A stretch of 64,000 bases of DNA from Squalus acanthias (taxonomy: Eukaryota): assembly GCA_030390025.1 (NCBI GenBank), contig CM059432.1:113958001-114022000 (forward strand), in the 5' to 3' direction. Of the stretch, positions 24,718-38,310 are shown piece by piece. Every line of letters starts with the position of its first letter. The first letter of the stretch is position 1. Made by a program: the position numbers and the translations under genes. Under the pieces are notes generated by a model. That model worked only from the letters and a program-made list of their open reading frames with translations. It ran no database searches and was not told the origin of the DNA.

Positions 24718-26518
24718 ATGACCACTATTGACACCGCAAACTGCCGGCTCAAAGTGGAGAGAATCGCCAAGAAGATCGCGCATATTGACACAGACATCAA
24801 GTATCTGCAGAGATGCAAGAAAGCAGACAAGATTCCGAAAGGACTACAGATCACGAACCCACTCAAGTCGACATACAACACAGACTACGCTGAGAGACTT
24901 TGCCGTCATACCTCTCGCACACTCCTCAACCATCTCGTACACCAGCTCTACAGCAGACGTCACAACCTCGAAACCAAGATAGAGTCCATGCTCTCAGCCT
25001 GTGCTCAGGGCACAGCAGACCACCTACGAGACACCGCCAAACAGACGAGGCAACGGAACTACGCTGCCTACGTGTGCATCAAGAACAGGAAGCTTGAGAA
25101 ACTCGGCGTCACCACCAGCTACAACCAAGCCTCCCCCGGTACCACGGTTGCAACCACAGGGAAGTCCATCGTCAACCTGTCGGACCACACCCTTCAACCA
25201 GACGAAATCGAAGTTCTCGCCCTAGGGCTCAAGTTCTGCCCCACCACCAAAATGGACCCCATCGGTCTCGCGGCGGACACAGAGGAATTCATCAGGAGAA
25301 TGAGGATCCGGGAATACTACCACAAATCCCAAGATGTCAGCAACAAACCTAATGAGACAATCAATGATCTGGAACAGCAGACAGAGGGAACCGCAGTGCT
25401 ACAACCGAGGAAGAAAGAGTCAAATTGGACCCCTCCGGAGGGTCGCTGCCCTAAGTTTGACATGTATGCTCAAGCTGTCAGGAAATGCATCAACGCCAGA
25501 TTCATCAGCCGTACTCACAAGACAGTCCAGAATGTCACCCGAGCACAACGCAATGCCATCCACGCTCTCAAGACCAACCGCAACATCGTCATCAAACCAG
25601 CGGACAAAGGAGGAGCCATCGTCATACAGAACAGAATGGACTATTGCAAAGAAGCATACCGACAACTGGACAACCAGGAACACTACAGACAGCTACCCGC
25701 AGATCCGACCAAAGAACACACCCGCCAACTCAATAGACTGATCAAGACCTTCGATCCAGACCTTCAAAACATCCTACGCGCTCTCATCCCACGTACTCCC
25801 CGCGTAGGAGACTTTTACTGCCTCCCAAAGATACACAAAGCCAACACACCCGGACGTCCTATCGTATCAGGCAACGGAACCCTGTGTGAGAACCTCTCTG
25901 GGTACGTCGAGGGCATCCTGAAACCCATCGTACAGGGAACCCCCAGCTTCTGTCGCGACACTACAGACTTCTTGCAGAAACTCAGCACCCATGGACCAGT
26001 TGAACCAGGAACACTCCTCGCCACGATGGACGTATCGGCACTCTACACCAATATCCCCCACAATGACGGCATCGCTGCGACAGCCTCAGTACTCAACACC
26101 AACAGCAGCCAATCTCCAGACGCCATCCTACAACTCATCCGCTTCATCCTTGACCACAATGTCTTCACCTTCGACAACCAGTTTTTTACCCAAACACACG
26201 GAACAGCCATGGGGACCAAATTCGCACCCCAATACGCCAACATCTTTATGGTACATCGGCGAGACCATGCAGACACTGAGACAACGTATGAACGGACACC
26301 GCGCAACAATCGCCAGGCAGGAGGGTTGCCTCCCAGTCGGGGAACACTTCAGCAGTCAAGGGCATTCAGCCTCGGATCTGCGGGTTAGCGTTCTCCAAGG
26401 CGGCCTTCGGGATACACGACAACGCAAAATCATCGAGCAGAAACTGATAGCCAAGTTCCGCACTCATGAGGACGGCCTCAATCCGGATATCGGGTTCATG
26501 TCACGATACAGAACATGA
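24718..26518 (+). pseudogene. Penelope RT/GIY-YIG ORF with an internal deletion at 26248-26250
   Basis: IKPADKGG, LPKIHK, GRPIVS, MDVSALYTNI and GTAMGTKFAPQYANIFM, then a jump at an ATG microhomology into WYIGET in another frame. The catalytic YxDD motif is absent. Confidence 0.9.
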
Positions 26519-26760
26519 CTTGACATCGTTGCCGGTCTTTCCAGCTTTTTAAAAAAACAAACACAAGAAACAAACACAAGAAACAAACCCAAATGGAGAG
26601 GATATGCAGCCAGCAGGTGTTTTGACATGTTGGACCCCCTGGGACACATCTCATTGTCTTGGCTGTGCTCTTAGTGTGTCTTTGATGTAGGGATAGATTG
26701 AATCGCATTTTCTCCGTGTTTATATTCTGTGAATTCTGGTAGATTGTCTCACAGTAACTC

Positions 26761-26796
26761 TACCTGAGGAAGGGGCGACAGCTCCGAAAGCTTGTA
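26761..26796 (+). ncRNA. Minimal type I hammerhead ribozyme motif (copy 3)
   Basis: Identical to copy 2, in the 3' pseudo-LTR. Confidence 0.78.
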
Positions 26797-27339
26797 ATTT
26801 TAAATAAATCTGTTGGACTATAACCTGGTGTTGTGCGACTTCTCATTTTTGTATTTATATAGCACCTTTAACATAGTAAAATCTCCCAAGTCACATCACA
26901 GGAGCATTAGCAAACAAAATTTGACACCGAGCCATATAAGGAGATACTGGGACAGATGACCAAATTCTTTTTTAAAGAATTCATTCATTTATCTCTTGAA
27001 AGTGCTGTTACTGTGGTTCAACAGATGTCCTCAGCCCGCCAGTACATTGGAAAAATGGCCATTCTTCATGTGTGAGCCTAGGCTGTAAACATTGGCAGGC
27101 TATTCTACCATGGGAGCATCACTACCAAGACAAATCCTGTCCTCACCCTACAGCCACACACTTTTCAACAGGAGTGATTAGATTGTAAGGGTAAATGCAT
27201 TGGTTTCAAGCTCCTAGTTGGGAGCCGAGCTCAAAGAGAGTGCAGATGGGAGAATCGGTGCTACAATGTTGTTGTCCTGTCTCTGACCCGCACTCCCATT
27301 GAGTGCAGCTCTCTGATAGTGAATTGACTCAAGGATTAT

Positions 27340-27800
27340 GAGTTGGGAGTTTGCACCAAATTCCGTTCACCCATCATCCATCACCCCTTGCTGACCTACA
27401 TTGGCTCCCGGTCCGGCAATGCCTCGAATTTAAAATTTTCATCCGAGTGTTCAAATCACTCCATGGCCTCATCCCTTTCTATCTCTGTAGCTTCCTCCAG
27501 CCCTGCAACTCTCCAAGATATCTGCGTTTCTCCAATTCTGGCTTCTTGTACATCATTGATTTCAACCACTCCACCATTGGTGGCCGTGCCTTCTGTTGCC
27601 TAGGTCCTAAGCTCTGGAATTCCCTCCCTAAACCTCTCCGCCTCTCTACCTCTCTCTCCTCCTTTAAGACGCTCCTTAAAACCTACCTCTTTGACCAATT
27701 TTGGTCATCTGTCCTAATATTGTTTGATAACGCTCCTGTGAAGTGCCTTGGGACATTTTACTAAAGCACTATATAAATGCAAGTTGTTGTTGTTGTTGCC
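27340..27800 (+). mobile_element. L2 LINE 3' end
   Basis: LADLHWLPV..FKSLHGL..GPKLWNSLP..FKTLLKTYLF, with a (TTG)n tail. Confidence 0.85.
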
Positions 27801-29246
27801 CCATTTCCCATCCTTAGCCTAGAGATCCTGAGGCCAACCAGAACAACCATATTGTCACCGTGTATCCTGAGAGGCAATAAATTAGTCATTATAGAAACCA
27901 TATCGATCTGTTCATTATCACCACTTAGAGGAGTTGCTTAAGATGTTGTTTCTGCCTCTTCCCCTTTCTCCTGTCGCAACTTGCTTCCCTTGACATCCTT
28001 CCTCTTCTGAAGGCACTGGCTCATGTTGGATTACAGTTCATGTGTGTGCAGCCCTCCATTACATTGCCCAAGTGCCATTCTTCATGTGTGAATTTATTCT
28101 ACTAAGAAGTACATCACAGATAATCACTGCGCTTTCTGGTAAGGGCTCATTGGATTATGATCAAGAGTAGGAACCTTAGCTAATTTATTTCCACCTCTCC
28201 CTGAGGCCAGTTTCAGCATCGTCACTGAGCCCGTCAGCGGAGCCGACCAGAGGTTGATCCTGGGGTCTTTTGGTCTCCGTGGTTCAGTACCACACTGGGT
28301 GTTGAAGTGGTAACCCAGGGCTTTCAATTCATCATTAAACAGTGTAAAGATGGCAAACAAAATGCTTTACATTTAAAGATGTTTTGGTTTTGAAACTGGG
28401 TACCATTCCCACATTTCCTAAGGTCCTAAACCAGATCCAGTGACAGTAACACTGATGTAAGTGGAAGTGATTTCAGTATTAGGATTTCTACTTTTAATTA
28501 AAATAAATGTCAATGTTGATTTAACATAGTGCAAGGACTACAGGCTTCAATAACTGACCATTGGCCTGCAATCTTTTTAACTCCTTCTCAGTTTTGTCCT
28601 TGTCAATCTATATTATGAACTCAATCTTTCAAATGTATTGTAAGTGTTGCATTATTGGATTAGCACTCATAATGAAGCCATGGGGCCATTTGTGGCCCAT
28701 CTCCCCCCACCCCAACACCTATGGTCCTTGGCAGACTTGATGCTGCGTATGCCTTTGGGTCTTCATTCACAGCTTGGTCCAATGTGACACATTCAGTACT
28801 GTTTGTTCGTTCTCTCTCTCTCTCTCTCTCATGGAGTTCAGCAAAAGACAGCAAGGAAATGCTATTAGGAGGTGGGGGTATCTTAGATTTGGTAAAGTGA
28901 GAGAGAGGGCATCATTAAAATAAATATTTAACCGAAGTATTGGCCTGTTATCTTTATGTATTTTCTTTCTCTTCCTGTGGGGCAGTGTCAGGCCCTTACC
29001 TGGCAACCTCCCAGAGTGGCATGATTGAAATCACTTGTAAGAATCACAGGTGCAGGCTCGTGTCCTGTTGCTCCACAGTGCAGCATGCCATAGCATTCCT
29101 GAGAGAGGCGCTCGACCGAGACATCGGTTGGGTTTGGGACCCTCAGCAGAAACTTAGTGCGCAGCACTGGATTAGAAGGTCTAAACTCTGTACATCATAC
29201 TAAACAGTAGTCAGAGTTTTATTTACATGCAGTGAATAAAATACTC

Positions 29247-30700
29247 GGGGTGAAATTTGATTCCACAAAAAAATGGGCGCGGGGATCGCGATGATCAATC
29301 TGCCCGCACCCGTTGAAAGAAGATCAGGCAGCATGTAAAATTCGCGCTGCTTGCTACTTTACATGATTGCAGCGCACAGCCCAGTGCTGCTGACAGGCTG
29401 TGTGCTCAGCAGGGGCCGAAGTTTGCAATGTTCGCGCAAGGCTAGCTTTACTTAGCCAGGAAAAGGGCACCCAGGGTCTCGGACGCAGCACTCGAGACCT
29501 TTGTGCAGGGGGTGAACACTTGAAGAGAGATCCTCTACCTACACGGGGCCAGGAGGCCCTCCAGAAAGAAGGGCTTGGGACCAGATTGCCAAGGCCGTCA
29601 CTGCCAGCAGTATCTCCCATGGACCTGGACTCAGTGCAGGAGAAAGTTTAATGACCCCAGACCAGTGGTCAAGATCAGCGAATGCATCTTCAAAAGCCGA
29701 CTCCTACCAACTGCACCACTAGCCTCACACACTGCCCAATCACTCACCTACCAACAATCTGTACCAAACACGAGGCACATCTCACATTCCTAGCTCCACC
29801 TCACCCCCTTGGAGTGCTGGCCATTCTTGGCAGGGGCATGGCTGAGCCCATGGCCAGCGGCGAGGCTGAAAGAATATAACGTTCAGCTAACTCCTTATCA
29901 CCAGGAGAGAGGCAGCAACACTGTCAGATTAAAAGCCCCGATAGTAACCCTGCCCACCCGCTGCAAATGGTACGGGCTGGGGAATAAAATGGCGGCTGTG
30001 CAGAACCCACTGAGATTCCCTCAGCATTCTTGCCATCCGCCCACCCCACCTACCCCCATCCGTGGCGCAGGCAGACAGGAACTTGCTAAATATTGAAATG
30101 TTGGATGATGTAATTCAGACCCCGATGTAATTTTAACTCTGAATTGCGTGATTTGTGCAGTCGCCGAGCCTCCATCAAAATCTGGCAGCAACGGGCCAGA
30201 AAGGCCCAGGTGAGTATTAATTTTGTAACATTATGGTGAGCCATGGGCTGACTCTACCCGAGCGTTCCCAACCTTCCCGGAATGACCAGTAGACTGCCGA
30301 AATGGAGGGTGGGGGGAGGGGGCTCTGAAATCGGGGGAAGCTCTGAAATCGGGGGAGGCTCGAGAGTTGGGAATGGGGGCTCGGAGAACGAAGGAGACGG
30401 GGATGGGGGATCACAAGATGGGCTCGGGGAGAGAAGGAGACTGGGGAATGGGGGAGAGAAGGGGACTGGGAATAAGCGTATTGGGGCTCAAGCGGGATGG
30501 GGGGACAATGTGGTGGGGATGGGGGTGGGTGTGAGTAGCAATTTCTGCAGAGCTGGGAACAACAGCAGCAGTTCCTGGTGAGTGGGAGCGGCACTGAGAG
30601 AGGAGCGGCCAGTGAAAGGAGTGAGTGAAACCTGGGGACCTTACTGTGGGTAAATAGTGAAAGATTCTTTCCACTGGCACACGGGAACAGAAACCAAGAT
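29247..30700. mobile_element. Degraded Harbinger-derived sequence
   Basis: Begins GGGGTGAAATT and contains a WTQCRRKFND Myb remnant near 29620-29660. Boundaries are approximate. Confidence 0.5.
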
Positions 30701-32200
30701 TCTCACTGAAAGAACCAAGGAGGAAGCGAGGAGGAAGATTCTTGAATTGAGGGTTATTCAACTGTGTGATTCTTCACCACATGTGGCTATTGAGGGAGAG
30801 ACTAAAACTTAATTTAAAAGGGACGAGGATAAATCTGCAAAAAGGAGGAACATAAAAGGATTGAGGAAATGGGGTTAAAGGAGAGAGCACCAGCACCGGG
30901 TGCTGAATGCCATTGGACATATTTCATTTTATTCGACCGCGTATTCTGGGCGTAAAACAGGGGGGAAATTACCAATCCAGTTTTCCAACCAGAAAACAGT
31001 TACAAGGAAGACCAACTACCCCAGTATCTTTACACTTCATCTGTTTCAATGCCTTCCTTAGTTCTTTCAGACTGTGAATGCATAATCACAAGAACAATGC
31101 AGGAAAATATCACGCTAATTATCTGTGATCACAGCAATTTTAGAGAGGTGTCTCAAGTATTTTGCCTAATTTCTTGCAACTAGCATAGAGCAGACTAAGA
31201 CTGAGCACGAGTAACAAAACAAGTAATCTGAACTGGTCTGAATTTGGACAAATCATGTTTATTGTGAAAAAATCCTAACTTGGCTCCATTTAAACCAGTT
31301 CAGATTCAGCTACACCTGTTACTTTAAAAGGAAATGTCACACACTGAGTGACAGTCTGCATCAATCCACCGCTTTCCGTTACTCTTCTAACACGGTACTT
31401 TTTATCGTCCATTTAAACAAATATATTGTGCAAAAACAACAGAATGACAGTAATAGGAAAAGGATGCTTAAATTAAGAATAATTCTTTGTAACTATTGAT
31501 TTTTAGATGAATACTGATGATAAGAGAAGCTCTTTTCAGGTTCTGAAACTGCTTTGTACATAACTGGAGAGCAGCTTAAACTAAACAAGGAAACGTGTAA
31601 CGTGCGATACCGCACTTTGATCCTCTGCTCACAAACTAACGATCAAAACCTTACAGAAGGAAACAATTTAAGGAGTCGCTCATCCCCGGGCTCTAGAGAA
31701 ACCTGCTGGACTGAGAAAGCACCTTCTGAAACAACTTGTTGAAAGAGAGAAGAAGATGTTTGTACTTGGTCAGAAAATTCAGACTGGAAAAGTCCTCAGG
31801 GACAAGATCAAGGTGAAAGTAAACCATTAGAATGAAGATGTCAAAAGTTATGCTTGAACTCTGAGTTAAAAACATTGTGAAATACTTACTCCGACAGACG
31901 TCTCCCAGAGTGCATTCAGTGTACAATTAAGCGAAGGGTAGATTACTTGGGACGAGCGAATCTTGTTTAGATCTAGACATCTGAAATCTGATTTATCAGA
32001 CCTGAACTGCAGTAGAAATGGACTTGATTGTCAGGTGATTGCAAAATTGGATAGAAGGAAATCAGCTGTTTTTCTATTGTGACCAATAATGAATAAGAGT
32101 ACAACAGCGTGTAACGGTGGAAGTTGTGTCATTTAGTGTGGAATGATTTCAAAAAAACACAATTACATAAAATAGGAAGGTGGCGATCTAAAACTGGACC

Positions 32201-34180
32201 AACAACAACAACTTGTATTTATATAGCGCCTTTAACGTAGTAAAACGTCCCAAGGCACTTCACATGAGTATTTTAAGACAAGAAATTTGACACCGATCTA
32301 CATAAGGATAAATTAGGGCAGGTGACCAAAAGTTTGCTCAAAGAGGTAGGTTTTAAGGAGCTTCTTAAAGGAGGAAAGAGAGGTAGCGAGGCTGAGAGGT
32401 TTAGGCAGGGAATTCCAGAGCTTAGGGCCTAGGCAACAGAAGGCATGGCCACCAAAGGTTGAGCGATTATAATCAGGGATCCTCAAGAGGGCAGAATTAG
32501 AGGAGCGCAGATATCTTGGGGGGTTGTAGGGCTGAAGGAGATTATAGAGATAGGGAGGGGCGAGGCCATGGAGGGATTTGAAAACAAGGATGAGAATTTT
32601 GAAATCTAGGCGCTGCTTAACCGGGAGCCAATGTAGGTCAGCGAGCACAGGGGTGATGGGTGAACGGGACTTGGTGCGAGTTAGGGCACGGGCAGCCGAG
32701 TTTTGGATGACCTCAAGTTTATGTAGGGTGGAATGTGGGAGGCCAGCCAGGAGTGCGTTGGAATAGTCAAGTCTAGAGGTAACAAAGGCATGGATGAGGG
32801 TTTCAGCAGCGGATGAGCTGAGGCAAGGGCGGAGATGGGCGATGTTATGGAGGTGGAAATAGGCGGTCTTTGTTATGCTGCGGATATGTGGTTGGAAGCT
32901 CATTTCAGGGTCAAATATGACACCAACATTTAGAACAGTGTGGTTCAGCCTCAGAGAGATGTTAGGGAGAGGGATGGAGTCAGTGGCTAGGGAACGGAGT
33001 TTGTGGCGGGGACCGAAAACAATGGCTTCGGTTTTCCCAATATTTAATTGGAGAAAATGTTTGCTCATCCAGAACTGGATGTCAGACAAGCAGTCTGACA
33101 ATTTAGACACCGTGGAGGGGTCGAAAGAAGAGGTGGTGAGGTAGAACTGGGTGTCGTCAGCGTACATGTGGAAACTGACACTGTGTTTTCAGATGATGTC
33201 GCCAAGGGGCAACATGAAGACGAGAAATAGGAGGGGGTCAAGGATAGATCCTTGGGACACACCAGAGGTAACAATGCAGGAGTGGGAAGAGAAGCCGTTG
33301 CAGGTGATTCTCTGGTTACGATTAGATAGATAAGAATGGAACCAGGCGAGTGCAGTCCCACCCAGCAGGACGATGGTGGAGAGGCGTTGAAGGATGGAGT
33401 TGTCAACCGTGTCAAAGGCTGCAGACGAGTCAAGAAGGACGAGGAGGGATTGTTTACATTTGTCACAGTCACAAAGGTTGTAATTTGTGACTTTGATGAG
33501 AGCCGTTTCGGTACTGTGGCAAGGGCAGAAACCTGATTGGAGGAATTCAAACATAGAATTGCGGGAAAGATGGGCACGGATTTGGGAGGCAACAGCACGT
33601 TCAAGGACTGGAGAGGAAAGGGAGGTTGGAGATGGAGCGGTAGTTTGCAAGGACGGAGGGATCAAGGTTTGGATTTTTGAGGAGAGGGGTGATGATGGCA
33701 GATTTGAGGGAGAGGGGGACAGTACCTGAGGAGAGAGAACCGTTAACAATATCAGCTAACAGGGGAGCCAGAAAAGGAAGTTGGGTGGTCAGCAGTTTGG
33801 TGGGAATAGGGTCGAGGGAGCAGGAGGTGGGTCTCATAGACAAGATGAGCGCAGAGAGGTCATGAGGGGAGATCGGAGAGAAACTGGAGAAAGATGTGAG
33901 TTCAGGGCTAGGGCAGGGGGGAACCTTAGAGGAAGTTTAGCCCAGTGGGCATGGGGAAGGAAGGGAAGTGGCAGAGGCAGCTGAACGGATGGTCTCAATC
34001 TTAGAGACAAAGAAGCCTATGAGCTCCTCACATTTGTTATTGGAGGTGAGGGTGGAGGAGGCAGGGGAGAGGGATTTAAGAAGACCGTTAGCAGTAAAGA
34101 ATAGGAGCCAGGGTTTATCTTTGCATTCCAGAATGATTCTGGAATAGTGAACAAATTTGGCAGACGAGAGCAGGGCCCAA
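32201..34180 (-). mobile_element. L2 LINE, 5'-truncated, frameshifted RT
   Basis: LDPIPT, QSGF..HSTETAL, AAFDTVD, YADDTQ and LHWLPV motifs; (TTG)n tail at 32201. Confidence 0.9.
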
Positions 34181-36051
34181 GGCAATGATGTATCTGTTGT
34201 ACTATTTCTACTTTGTATCCTGTTGACCTGTTCACTTATAAGTAGATTAAAAAATCTTCCATTGACGATATGAGGAACGGTCAATTAAGAAAAGATTGGA
34301 CTGTCGGATTTCATTGTGCACATAGATACTTGATATTTTTACAATTGAATATGCAGCACACAGCAGGTAAATAGAGGATACCACTTAGGGCCCTCTGTGA
34401 CTTCAACAGAGGGGAATTGACTGAAAGCAATCAATAAGATCTGCACCAGTCAAGTGGATGGACGGAGAGATGGTAGATGGATTTTAGTATAACTGCAAGA
34501 TTATGCATATCAGAATAGGAAATATGAAATCTGTGGAAGTGATGAAGGGGTCCTATTGTGAAACAGGCCCATTGATTGTAGAACTGGATGAACTCCATTG
34601 GGATACGTTAGGGAGGATACCACGGATGTTCCAGGAATGGGTGGCCCACCCAAATTGATATTTTTTAAACACAATTAATTGCCTATTGGTCAAAAAAGGC
34701 ATCAGTCAAGTTATTTACTTGAACTTTTTGGTGCTGTTGTGCATTTTTTCCTGTGGATTTTGTACTCAAGTTATTGGATGTAAGGCTGGAAAACAGAACA
34801 CTTCTCCATTTCAAGAAGCCAGTGTCAGCATCAAGCACTCCCAGGCCAGGCAGAGCACAGTTAGATGCAGAGTAAAGCTCCCTCTAATCTGCACCAACAA
34901 CATGCTTCTCCTACAAACTCCGAAGAGCACCTCCTACTGCACCACTGTGACATTTCCATTTCTTACACCAGTCATTCCGTGTCTTTTCTGATTGAGGTTG
35001 CCAAATTTAGGAGGTCTAATGCTGCGGCTAGTGCCCGCTAAGAACAGTGTTGAAATTTCCCAAATGTATTTCACATAGAACTCTTGAGTTTTCACCCCAT
35101 CAGTCTTCAGTGGCCTCAAACCCAGATCGCTGATGCAAAAGACCAGTGTGTTAACTCACCGCACTACTCTGTCCCTTGGCCGCTTTTTCATGTAATGTAA
35201 AAGCAGCAATGTGACAACAAGAGTATGATTTCTATCTGGTAATAGATAGCAAAGTCTCCAGTGAAAAAGTGGTGTCACACTGGTGTTATCATACTACTCC
35301 TGAATCTATACCCCATCAAGCAAAATCTAAATGAATGCACTTGTGATACTGCATGGCTCACGCTGGCTCTGAATACTGCAATTTTAGGACAGGACAAGCT
35401 GAGGTCATGATAAAGGAATCATATACATATCATACATGTTCAGAAACTAGGCTGTACTGTGTGTTAAAACGCTGCCTTTCACCGTGGGTTATGGCTTCAG
35501 CTCCATCTGCAAAAGGTAGAAAGAAAGTTACTCTGATGGCTCTTGCCGTTCAAAGGCTGTGAAATTCAGAAGTTCAGTGCCAGCCGTGAAGGCCGGTTTT
35601 GCTGCAAAAATAGCGTCCGCCTCGCTTCCACCCACTTCCAGCGGGGCCCACGCGGTCGCCATTTTGGGAAGGTTGGTAGCGCTGCCGTTGCCTGCGCTCG
35701 CTGCAGATATTTAGATGAGGCAGATCGTGACGTCAGTGAGTGTGCAACACTGATTTGACGCACGATCTGCCATTTTCAATGTTGCCGCTCCATTTAATGC
35801 CCTCTCCTAATCACGACCAGCTGACCATGCAGTCAGCAGCAGGAGCCTCCAGCAGCACTATTTAAAGGGATCATCAACAACTTGCAGCTGACTTGCTTTC
35901 TGATTTCTACTGCCTCTGTCTAAGTTTTTGCAACCATTTGGAGCTTTCTAAAGTTATTTAAAGTTGCTGAGGAGACAGAGAGTGTTGCTGGAAGTGGAGA
36001 ACGCCTTGCTTCTGATTTCAAGGGTTCTGCGCACACCACTAACTCCCAATC

Positions 36052-37222
36052 ATGGGGTCTCTATTTGCAGTCCCCCTCACGCTCGAGTATAACAGGGAGA
36101 TTGAGCGGAGGCAGCGATGAAGAGGACAAGATGTTCGCAGAGAGGAGGAGGAGCAGGAGGGCTCTCAGCAGGAGGTCTTACCCACCTAGGGTCTTCCGAG
36201 AGCATTTCTCCTACCTGCACCTAAGCCAGGAGCAGTGTATTAGGAGGCTCTGCTTCACCAAGGAGGTGATCACAGAACTCTGCCGCCTCTTGGAACCAGA
36301 CCTGCAGCCTCAGAGCAGAACAACGACGGCTCTCCCAGTGGTCCTCGAGGTCGCCGTGGCCCTCAATTTTTTCGCCAACGGATCCTTCTAGTCTGCAGCA
36401 GGAAACATAGCGAACATCCCCCAGTTCACCGTCCCTCACTGCATCTGGGAGGTAACAGAGGCTCTCTACTCCAGGAGAAGGGACTTCATTGTCTTCTCTC
36501 TGAACAGAGAGAAGCAGGACTAGCGTGCATGTGGCTTTGCCAGGTTAGCAGGATTCCCCATGGTGCAGGGCACCATCGACTGCACCCACGCGGCTTTGCA
36601 GGCACCGCATACCAATCCTGAGATGTTCCGTAACCGCAAAGGCTTTCACTCACTTAATGTGCAGTTGGTGTGCGACCAGGCCCAGCACATCATGATGGCG
36701 ATTGCCCGGTATCCTCGCATTAGTCACGATGCCTTCATCCTGCGTTAGTCCAGTGTGCCAGCAATCTTCCAGCCACCACGTCAAACCCGAGAGTGGCTGT
36801 TCAGATACAAAGGCTATCCGCTCTGCACCTGGCTGATGACTTCACTCCGCAACCCCACCACTCGTGGCCAGCACTCATATAATGAGAGCAATGTTGCCAC
36901 GAGGAACATTTTCGAGCAGACCATCAGGGTGCTGAAGCAACGGTTCCACTGCCTTGACCGCTCGGGAGGAGTCCTCCAGTACTCGCCGGAGCGGGTGTCC
37001 CATTTCATAGTCGTGGTCTGCTGCATCCTCCACAACTTGGCTATCATGAACATGCAGCAGTTGCCACCACAGGTTCCAGGACCACCTCAGGCCGAGGAGA
37101 AGGTAATGGAAGAGGAGGAAGAGGAAGTGGAAGAGGAGGAGAAAGAGGAAGGGAGGAAGCAGGCAGCACATCCCCATTCTGGACGGGCTGTTCGTGAGTG
37201 CCTCATCAGACTCCGGTTCTAA
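36052..37222 (+). pseudogene. HARBI1-like transposase with several stop codons
   Basis: YPPRVFR, NFFANGSF*, GTIDCTH, HDAFILR* and EQTIRVLKQRF. Confidence 0.88.
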
Positions 37223-38310
37223 TGAATGAAACTCCAGATCCCCGTTGCTCACCACATCCCCATCATACCATCCTTCTGTCACGGAACATCACAGCGGCCT
37301 CTGGGCACAAAGCTGAAATAAGCGCCACCACAAAACACACATTCCAAACATAATTTATAAATTAATCAAATTAAAATCTAAAGAACAAAGTCAACTAACC
37401 ACCCTTCTGCATTCCGTTAGTGTCTGTCTTTCCTGTGCTTTTCCTATCCTAGTTCTCCTACGAAGTGCTCCCCCAGTGGCTGCAGCATGGCTGGTGGGAG
37501 GCTGCTGACTTTCAGTGGGGGAGACTGCAGATGGCCTTGCAGGATGACCTCGAGCAGCTCTGGGCCTAGAAGGCCCGGCTGTAGACTGCACCACCTCGGC
37601 ATGGGCGGCAGCAGTCTGGGATGGCTGGATGACAATCAGCAGCAAGCTCATTGATGGAGTGGCAGTGGTGAGAAGACAAATGCTGTCATCCTGAGAGAGG
37701 ACAGCAGGTTCCTGCTCCACTGTCCCACTGCCACTCCCCCGGGGTGGCGCCTCAGCATTCCTAGCAATCTGTTGGAGGACAGATTGCTGGACTGCTGTGA
37801 CACCCTGCAAGCCCCTTTCCACACTCGTAAACCCAGCCACGATGGCAGCAATCTGAGTTTGCGTGGCATCAAGCTGAGCCTGCAGGAGAGCAGTCTGTGC
37901 TTCCACTGCAGCACTGAGATGTTGGGTCACTTCCGCTTGTGCTGCAGTGGAAGCTGCGACATCGCCCATCACACCCAGCATCATGGTTGAGTCAACAAGT
38001 GTTCTAATGGAGTTGCCCATCACTTCCATCCTGGAAATCATGGGCTCCAAGCTCTGCGCCAAACCTCGTGCAATGTTGGAGCCAAACTCCTCCATGCTCC
38101 TTGATACTGACAAGAGGCTTGCCATTGCACCCAGCATTTCCGTGTGCATGCCCATCACCCTTCATCTGAAGGGCACCCCATCAAGGGTCTCATCTGAGTC
38201 CTCTGCAGCAGAACTCATGCACGAACTCACCGTCTGGGGAGCTGGCTCCCGAGCTACCCTTTCCTTCTGGCCTGGCTACAGCCTGCTCGTCCCCGGTGCA
38301 TCAGCACGTG

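Larger units (their letters stand above)
22358..26852. mobile_element. Penelope-like retroelement (Neptune-type): inverted 3' half, pseudo-LTR and an internally deleted unit
   Basis: Minus segment 22358-23765 (RT C-terminus, Cys linker, GIY-YIG VYLIRC..WYIGET, 3' UTR). Plus segment 23776-24717, then an ORF from ATG 24718. TTGTATTTATAT is duplicated at 22346-22357 and 26849-26860. Confidence 0.93.

Noticed and set aside
30217..30761. Pro- or Gly-rich ORFs
   Set aside because: Low-complexity purine-rich DNA within a degraded transposon-derived tract.
31890..31980. Possible extra non-coding DCSTAMP exon (TTTCAG|...|GTAAGT on the minus strand)
   Set aside because: Only splice-like motifs with a weak pyrimidine tract; not distinguishable from chance without transcripts.
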